Assembly (NCBI RefSeq): GCF_052425735.1
Contig: NC_135770.1
Span: forward strand, 11,222,001-11,286,000
Direction: 5' to 3'
Source: Oculina patagonica
Lineage: Eukaryota
DNA length: 64,000 nt
Shown here: positions 51,501 through 60,500 of the stretch, piece by piece
How positions within the stretch are numbered: the stretch's first letter is position 1
Layout of the letters: the number at the start of each line of letters is the position of its first letter
The notes under the pieces: model-generated
What the model saw: only the letters and a program-made list of their open reading frames with translations
What the model was told of the DNA's origin: nothing
Database searches by the model: none
Program-made: the position numbers and the translations under genes

Positions 51501-54500
51501 TCCATTTAAAAGTTTAAAAATTGAAAGAAACAGTTTAAAAGAATACGCTATTCTCGCTATGATGTGAAAAGGGGAACTGCAATAATTGTAAGAAGTAGAA
51601 CAGCAACAACAAAAGTAATGGTGATAAAAGTGGTAGTGACAGTGACATTTACTATTGCTTGGACTTGTTTAAGGTATGCCTGCTGATGACATTCTCGAGA
51701 CATTTAAACGAAGTGTTGTTAAAGAAAATGGTCCAACTATGGCAATTACCTTCAACCGATCAAAGAAGGCGATTCGGGAACTTTGCAGAATTTACAAGAA
51801 CAGCTCCGGTAAGCTCTCAAGACCACCAGTGGTGTACTTTGTTTCCAGCAGTGGAGAGGATGAAGAATACGAGGAGGAAGCAGCAGATGTGGGTGGACCT
51901 TTGAAGGAGTTTCTTACAATTGCTACACAAACAGTGCTTTCATCCACAGATCCTCAACTATTTGAAGGGGATGATGACCACAAACTGCCACTTCACTCAC
52001 AACAGCTGGTCCTACATGGCTACTTTAGAATGGTAGGAGAAATAATGGCACATGCCATCATCCATGGACAGGTGTGGATTATTGGTTTAGCAAAGCCTGT
52101 GAAAGAGTTTCTGTCTACTGGTTGTGCTGAACGAGCCTCACAACTTGCTTGTATAGAAGATGTTGCAGACCTAAATGTACGTGAGGTGTTGAAGCGCATG
52201 GCTAAACCTACATGTAATGAAGAAGATATCACTTCCTTGAACTCAGAGGATATGGTTACTAACTTGATGGGTGAAAGTGGAGTTAGTGTAGCAATCTTGA
52301 CTGTTCATAATGCGGCACAAGTTGCTTATGAAATCATGGTGTATCAAGTGGTACATAAGAGAATGAGAGAATTGGAGGAAATGAGGAAAGGCCTTGATAC
52401 TTTACAGCTTAGTACCTTGTTAAACTGCCATCCCAAAGTAACCTCTTTGGTATTTCCCACGGTAGAAGAGGCTGCCATTGATGCTGAAGTGTTGCTAAAG
52501 AGGGTATCTATGGATCCCATCGCTACACCAAGTATCAGAATCAACACTGCATACATATTTCTTCTCGACTACCTTGGAAAGGTGTGCGAGAGAACAGAGC
52601 CACAGGGTATGTCACAGTAGTTAAAGAGAAGTGCATGGTGCTCTTTAATAAATAAGTAGCAATGATACATGTGCCAACAAGTGCTTCTGATTTTCAAAAC
52701 ATTTTTTTTGTTTATATACTGCCTAGAAACAGAATGGAATTTTGATCCAATATCATATTGTTGTTACTTGCAGAAATTGGGATTAAGCCAGTGTTGACAT
52801 TTATCACAGGCTCCCCACTGATGCCAACGGAAATAGTCGTCAAATTTTTGCCCGAGGACAGCAAAAGGTTTTCCCTTCCAGATCCTGGCACCTGTACCAG
52901 GGAGCTAAAGATTCCAACATGTTATACAAATTATGAAGAGTTTCAGTCAGCATTTGATGCGACTGTAAGGGTACAGGGGAAAGGGTATGGAAGAGCCTAG
53001 TCATCAGTATATGGGGTTGCGAATTAGTGCAGTGAAAGGGAGTTGAAGTAATTCCTTGTTAGTGGAGGCCACGTAAGTTATGTTGTTGTTAACAAGGCAG
53101 GATGTGCATTCCCATTACAACAACGTACTACCATTTGCAACAAGCTACCAAGAATATCTAACTTTTTCCGCATCTGTTCAGACACAAGACGTAAAAGTTT
53201 GTGTATGCAAGCTACATGTACTGCACTTGTCAAAAGTTTTCTTTGCCCATTTATATGGTAAATTTGTTTTGCCCAGTAATACGAGTAAATGATTTTAATC
53301 TAAGTGATTGAGAAAGCTAGACAAACTTGCATTTCATAGTTGAAAAACATGCAAATAATTTAGCTCTTTATGGAAGCTTGAAAGTCTGGCAGTGTTAGTA
53401 GAGATCATCAATCACTAACTTTCTATCCAAAATACTGGGTAATGGTTATTTGTAATATAAACGGCATAGCATACTCTTAAGGCGGCGAAATACGAGATAC
53501 AAAAACCCTCAACTTGTGTCGCAACATTGTTGCATTGCCAGTTGAACGAGTTGTTGACTGTATTTATACCGCGCGCTCAACTTGTCTCGCAACAAATACC
53601 AGTGCTGCAAATTACAGTAACATGTTGCACAAAGTAGAACAGAGTTCTACTTTGTGCAACAATATTTTTCAACTTGCAACACCGAAAATTGTCGCGAGTT
53701 AGGTTTAACGCAACAACTCCTTCAACTGGCAATGCAACAATATTGCGAGACAAGTTGAGGGTTTTTGTATCTCGTATTTCGCCGCCTTTACTCAGTGACT
53801 AACTTATTCTACTACAATGCAGCAAAAGTAGTTTATTGGCTATCCATCAAAAACGTTTGACTGCTCTTGAGCCAATCAGATTGTTAGGTATCCTAACTGC
53901 CTGTCGCTTATTTAGTCTAGTATCATTAGTTCATGTTGTTGTTAATCCCACTGTTGAAGAAATTGAGATGATGTTGTTTCAAATGGTTATTAATTGTACT
54001 TAAAACAAAGTCTCTACAAAGTTGAAATTACAAAAATTTGGGATAGTAACATGTGCATAACAGGCCACAGGTCAGTTAATCTCAGTCACTTTTTATCTCA
54101 GTTGTTGTTAATCCAGTGCTGTCATTGTTACAGTTGGCTCTTGCAGAAACATGTTATAACATGTGCATAACAACCCACAGGCTAGTTAATCTCAGTCACT
54201 ATTTTTCGTAGTTGTTGTTAATCCAGTTCTGTTATTGTTACAGTTGGCTCTTGCAGAAACATGTTATGACATGTGCATCAGGTACCTATGATAAAGGTTT
54301 CTAGGATTTTGATAATTGCTCTTTTATGCACTGGCAATTATCCATTTGTGTTTTTATGATTTGAATTTGCACTGTTAATAAATAAAAGCCATCTGTTTGT
54401 CATTAGTTTGGTGTCTTTATTGTTAGAAGTTCTGCCTGCACAAAAAATGAGAACAAGGCAGTTCACTTGTTTCACTACTGAATTTGTCCAAACAGGTCAC

Positions 54501-57500
54501 AAGAAATTACAGTCCTTTTGATGTGATTAGCTTGAAGGACAGTTAATAATCCATCGATGCAGCAGGCAATGTCATAACAAAATTTAATGCTACTTACTTT
54601 GACCACAACATTTTGAAAAAAACTGTAAATTCATGAAGGCTATTAAGAGAGTTGAACCCTAAATATTCAACTGCGCTATTTTATTCTTGACCTGAGAAAC
54701 AGTGCATGCAAAAATTCACAATATCCAGTTCAATCAGTAGCATGGGCAAGATTTGTACAATTGGTGAACTGATCAGCTACTGTGCCCTTTCAATAAAAGT
54801 TAAGGCTTGAATATATATGTCTACACCTTGAAATTCGGAATATTGGCAAGGATCTATTGTTCTAGCTAGTTCCTCGTATGTTTCCAATGGAAATGGAAGT
54901 GAAGTCTGTGGTATAACCACTGACCCATCTGCACTGTGACAATGGCCATCCCATGTCTCTGAGGGTGCTGGACCTTCCCAATCAATGCCATAATCTTCAA
55001 TATCTGCCTGTTTAAAAGAAAAATTTATTATATGCTGTTATCTATTGAAATTCTACTGATAATAAATCTTATATACTCTATAATAAGCAAAGATATTGGC
55101 AAAGGTTTAAAACCTTTTTTTTCAATAGCTGATTTTTTTTGTTTGAGAAGATAAATGTTACACTTTTCAACAAGATACCCAACACCTCAAATCTGTCCTA
55201 AAAAGCTCTGCTGCACATCATTCTTTCAACTCTCTGATGAAACACCGTGATGTATGAAATGACTTACCCTTTGGTGTAGTTCTTGTACCACTCTGTGATT
55301 TGATCTTTGTAACTGCATCAAACCATTGACCCACATTTGGACAGGTGTCATATTTCTTTCTGTGCTAATGGGACCATTGTTGTGACCTGAAGAAAATATT
55401 CTTAGGTGCCTGTTGATTCTTGGCAAGTACACAAAATGTAGTGCAAATATGTGAATTTCATTGGAAGGATCTAGAAGTGAGCACTCCTCCATATGGTAAA
55501 ATAACTGGTAAAACACATATGTGCACCCAGTATACAGATCACGCCACAGTCTCTCAATACGCTGGTTATGCACACTTCTGCCAGCAATGTGACTTCCTCG
55601 GTTTGGTCCTCTTAATGGATGTGACAGCATGAACCAGGCAACATCGCAGTTTTCTCTACCTTTATCAGATCTGACCCTCGAAGGAAGCCCATAGGTCTGC
55701 ACTGCATTGTGAAATAGTCTGTACACCGTAGAAGCACGGTTGTTTGTGCTACATTGCAAAAACACGATCATTCTTGTGAAACCATCGATTCCTCCATGGA
55801 TAACAAACCTCCACCTTTAGAAGTCATATAAAATATATTATGTTGATTTCGTTGATTTCTTATTATATACATTAAACTCTAAATCCTTAGACATTAGCAA
55901 ACTCCCAAGTAAGAATTACTAAAAAATGCATAAAGCAAGTTTCCATAAAGAATTCAATCAATAGCATCAATAAAATCCCCCATACTGTCAAGAAGTTCAA
56001 GTTGAGTAAGCATAGAGAATGGGAATAGAGGATAACTAAAAAGACAAGTAGACAAATGCAACAGTGAATAAATGGGCTGAGGGGGGGATAAGTGTTGGTT
56101 TTTATTATCCTTTTTTTGGTTTTTATTATCCTGATAGAAATGACATAAAATAATAAAATACTGGCAATTTAGAAGAAAAAAAAAATGGACAGATTCAATA
56201 ATTAAAGGAATGATACCTTATTAGCTTATGGTTACCATCTATATGCCACAACGCAAGTGGTCCATATACTTGGTATCGTCTTCTGTGTATTGTCCTAAGC
56301 TCAAGCGCCCGTAGTAGGACCCCAGCTGGATTGACCCTCCGCATTGCCTCTCTTATTCTACACTGTTGGATTCTCAAACCTCTGCTCATCAGAAATCCAG
56401 TCATTCGCCTGTACCCGGTGTTTGGGAACTCTGTTAGGATGTTCTGAATCAGCTGGTCGAGTTCTTCGTTGTCAATGAGTGAGTATGTTGATCTCACACT
56501 CAACCCAAACTCGGACAAACGTCTTTCAATAGTTCGGACACTGACGCCTAGCAAAGTTGCAATATCGACGACAGAGAAGCATCTTCCAATCAGAAAATCA
56601 AGTTGATCTTTGGGAATTGAATATCTAGGACGTCCACGTTGTCCCGTAAAGGCAGTGGCTGGTGATGAAACACCAAAATTATCTTGACTTCCAATAAGAC
56701 AGTCTCGTGCACATCTAATTAGGTTGACAATTTGTTCATCGATTCCATACAAATCCACAACACGAGCCATTAAACTTTGCAGCCAATCCAGCCTAAAGTG
56801 TAAGGCGTCCACTGTATTTGGGTCAAGACCTCCTTCAATTTGCCGAATAATATTAAGTAAAAGCTCTCGCAAATATCTGAACGATTGTAGCTCTTCCTCA
56901 GAAGGAATGACTCTATCCGCCATCTTGGATCAACAAGGCGGGAAATAAATTACCTCGATCTGGTGACTTCCACTCCTCCCACTAGTCCCCAGGCTAATTC
57001 GAGAACTAGTAGTAGCAGAAAATTGAATGTGTCCGAAAATTCGAACTACTGGCAGAAAATTGAACGTGTCCGAAAATTCGAACTACTGGCAGAAAATTGA
57101 ATGTGTCCGAAAATTCGAACTACTGGCAGAAAATTGAATGTGTCGGAAAATTCGAACTACTGGCAGAAAATACATCAGAAACGAAAAACGAAAACAGTCT
57201 GAAATTGGAATAGTTCCCGAAAACTGGCACAACCTGAAAAATTCAAATGACTAGAAAGTTTAGAGTTACCGAAAATTTGATTAGGCGAAAATTTCTGAAT
57301 TCTGACAGAAAATTGATACAACCAACATAAAATTCAAACACACAAGCAACTTATTGTAAAACAAAATGCAATAACAAGTAACAAAATCCAAAGTTTAATT
57401 ATGACGGTAATCACCCACCATAAATACCGCATCAGCCAAGATGGCGGCCAAAATTATGATTTTATCACGACAGAAAGTTGCAAATTATGTTCTGTTTTCG

Positions 57501-60500
57501 AAAAGTTATGAATGGATGACAAGTGGTCAGAACGCAAGTAACTCATAAGAAAACTTAATAATTGTTTTTTTTTTTCCATTAAGTCAAACTTAAGTCGTCC
57601 AGCGGACGAGTTTATTTAATCTTTTGGTCGTCCATACGATGTTTTAGTCGTCTCGGACGACCGGACGACTGCGAATATGGATCCCTGCTCTTGTATTTCT
57701 TGCATTATTTTGCCTTCTCTGTGTTCCTAGGGTGGGATTTAGGCCATTTAAGCGATTTTCTCTTTCGACGGTTTAGCCTTCACTAAAGAAAAACTAAAGG
57801 CTGGCGACCCCGTGGGCCAACGGCCCGCACTCGAAGCTCCATAAATCCCACAATAATGGTTGAATCTCGCCAAAATCGTCTCACAGTAGCCGTCGATAAT
57901 TCTTCTTTCCATTTGCTTATCCTGAGGTTCCAAGGTTTATCGCAGCCGCCCGAAAAACGCTCGTTTTCGAGCGCCAGAAGTCCATATCTGCTTCGTCGAA
58001 ATGCGAAAGCAGTTATCTTGGGTACGGGATTTGAAATTCTAGCTTAGCGACCGCGCCATCGCAACAAAGTGGCCCTCGACCGTGGAGAGGCACAGGGAAA
58101 TCGTCATCATGCAAATTGTACCATCCGAGACCAAGCCGGGAACAAATTCCTTCGAGGAGTGTAACACGACGGCTAGGAGCTCTAAGCCTTGCGATTTGTG
58201 ACATGTCACTGCATATGCCAATACATTTGCATGATGACGATTTCCCCGTGCCTCTCCACGGTCGAGGGTCACTTTGTCACGATGGCGTGGTCGCTAAGCT
58301 AGAATTTCAAATCCCGTACCCAAGATAGCTGCTTTCGCATTTCGACGAAGCAGATATGGACTTCTGGCGCTCGAAAACGAGCGTTTCTCGGGCGGCTGCG
58401 ATAAACCTTGGAACCTCAGGAGAAGCAAATGGAAAGAAGAATTATCGACGGCTACCGTGAGGCGATTTTGGCGAGATTCGACCATTATTGTGGGATTTAT
58501 GGAGCTTCGAGTGCGGGCCATTGGCCCACGGGGTCGCCAGCCTTTAGTTTTTCTTTAGTGAAGGCTAAACCGTCGAAAGAGAAAATCGCTTTTAAAAATG
58601 GCCTAAATCCTACCCTAGGAACACAGAGAAGGCAAAATAATGCAAGATATACAAGAGGTAAGCCATTTTTATTTCAGTTCATTTACAAATGTAATATTTA
58701 GAGCAATTTTCGAAGATTTCTCATACATTGTCTTAAACGGCTGAACCAGACTTACGCAATCGGCCAAATTATTATCACATTGATCACATATCACGCCTGG
58801 GTCGCCTGTGGAGGCAGTGGAAAGAGCCAGGACGGGATGTATTCCATCCCTGGAACCATTCACTGAATATTAGTCACTATTTCGTCCATTTACATATCTT
58901 TGTTGTATATGGTTTATCAGAATGAAACCTCAAGTTCTGTTTTTCAGGACGTTGTTGTTTTGTCTTTTGAATAGCGCAGGTTGCAATAAAAATTACTACG
59001 CATCCAATTCGCGTTAATTAACTGCATGTAAGCACACACCACACGAGAATTCGCGTTAATTAAATGCATGTTAACATAAATTTTCGACAATTCGCGTTAA
59101 TTTTATTACGCGTACAATTTGTTCGCGTTGTTAAAATGCTTCATTATATTCCTATAATAAGGTAGCGTCTTTTAATTGCCAATATCCGTCTTTTGCTGAG
59201 ACAGAAGTGACACTACCTGTCCTGGCAAAGTTCGCGGCCTTCACAACATTTACAGAACTATGTATTGTAAGAATGTTGAATAGAAAAACCAATAGGCGAG
59301 CGGTAAAACAATCACTTTGAACTTCAAAACATCGCTCTTGATGAAGCGAAATGTTTAAGGTTGTTTTACAGTTGCTTTGTAGTGCCATTATTAGTAAAAC
59401 GTAATTCCTCGAATAAGCGCCGCATCAGGTCTGCGGCGCTTAATCGGGGGCGGCGCTTATTAACTTTTTTGTCCCAAATGCAGCGCTTATTCGAGGGCGG
59501 CGGTTATTCTGGGGCGGTGCTTATTCGAGTAAATACGGTACTCTGTGACTGGTCATAGCAATCAGCATCCCCTAGCTCAGCAGCCCCTAACTTGTCGCAG
59601 TCGCCTACTCTTTTAGTTGCTGAGACCTACTTCAAAACATTTTGAAACCCCTGCAGTTGTAACTAGTAGAAAGTGTTACATGTTAATATCAACCAGTTCT
59701 GCACAGGTTATATAAATAATGTAGCAACTTAATAATGTTTGGTTGTGTTATAGTATTGGAGGAGCAAATTATTTGAACCAAACAACAACTATACCAAGTA
59801 AGTGTTACATTCATCAATTTAATATGTTTTTATTTTGTTACAGTCAACGCGCTTCACGCATGAACGCACAACTTCAAACATTCATAAAATATTTCATTCA
59901 CCGATTTCATTTTCAGTTAATGAAATCATTCTTCGAAACTTCAATCGAACAATTGTAAGTCAAATTGAAAGTATTTAAAAGCCCATGGTAAAATTGAAAA
60001 TAAGACATCTGACGTTATGGCAATTGATAATTTTTTTTAAAATAATTTTTCGGCTGTGTGCTGTTTTTTTTTCGCGCGGGAACAAATTACATGTAAAAAT
60101 GAATGACTGTGTCACCGCCGCATTCACGTAGTTATGCGCTCGTACATGTGAAGTTGGCTTTACCATACCAGGGTCGATGTGAAGGGATTTCTTCAAGCGA
60201 ATGAAGTTTAGCCTGCGCCAGCTGAATGTCATCCTCTAACGATTCGACTTCACGCTGAACTTGTTTGGATGTTTTAACGCATCCTGACTGTCTTTCGATG
60301 CCGATGGCGGGATCAGTGAGACGGACTTCCTGTTAGAACTTTGAGTGGAAATTTCCCGAGAATTGTTCTTTTCCAAGCTATTGTGCACTTGAATCGACAA
60401 ACTAAATGCTGTGCCGGTCTCTTCTTCTACAACACACTTTTGAAGATGCAGTTTCTCCTCTTGGATGGCGCTTACTGGGATTCCCATTCGAACAAACTTA

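Larger units (their letters stand above)
47250..57422. mobile_element. Apparently autonomous IS3EU-like DNA transposon, 10.17 kb (nest layer 5)
   Basis: TIRs 47250-47724 and 56911-57422 beginning TATGGTGGGTG, 6-bp TSD AATACC, and two convergent intact genes. TAY..RTA ends with a 6-bp TSD match the IS3EU signature as recalled. Confidence 0.9.
46677..57687 (-). mobile_element. hAT-family deletion derivative with a 6-bp TSD (nest layer 4)
   Basis: 16-bp TIR CAGGGATCCATATTCG with CTCTTG duplicated; the empty site is visible in the intact right arm of layer 3. A decayed TTF-type Zn-finger fragment ([14 protein letters not shown]...MFCDIC) lies at ~46890-47110 on the minus strand. Confidence 0.88.
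46518..58810. mobile_element. Foldback element, ~590-bp arms, 7-bp TSD (nest layer 3)
   Basis: CACAGGCGGCCCAGG / CCTGGGTCGCCTGTG termini with GAGGCAG duplicated (46511-46517, 58811-58817). The left arm is split into 46518-46676 and 57694-58120; the right arm is 58222-58810. Confidence 0.9.
46180..59538. mobile_element. pogo/Tigger-type non-autonomous element (nest layer 2)
   Basis: TA-CCGTATTTACTCAAATAAGC ... GCTTATTCGAGTAAATACGG-TA, with subterminal GGCGCTTATT repeats at both ends. Confidence 0.85.
46112..59653. mobile_element. Outermost old hAT-like MITE (nest layer 1)
   Basis: CAGGGTTTTCAAA / TTTGAAACCCCTG with one mismatch; no clean TSD. Confidence 0.45.

Noticed and set aside
47250-57422. 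LTR retrotransposon or Polinton interpretation
   Set aside because: The repeats are inverted, the genes contain introns, and there is no RT, gag, PolB or capsid.
57748-58863. Mirror-image ORF pairs (MEPQ..., MVESRQ..., ...CDQCDNN...)
   Set aside because: Artifacts of the foldback palindrome, with no domain support.
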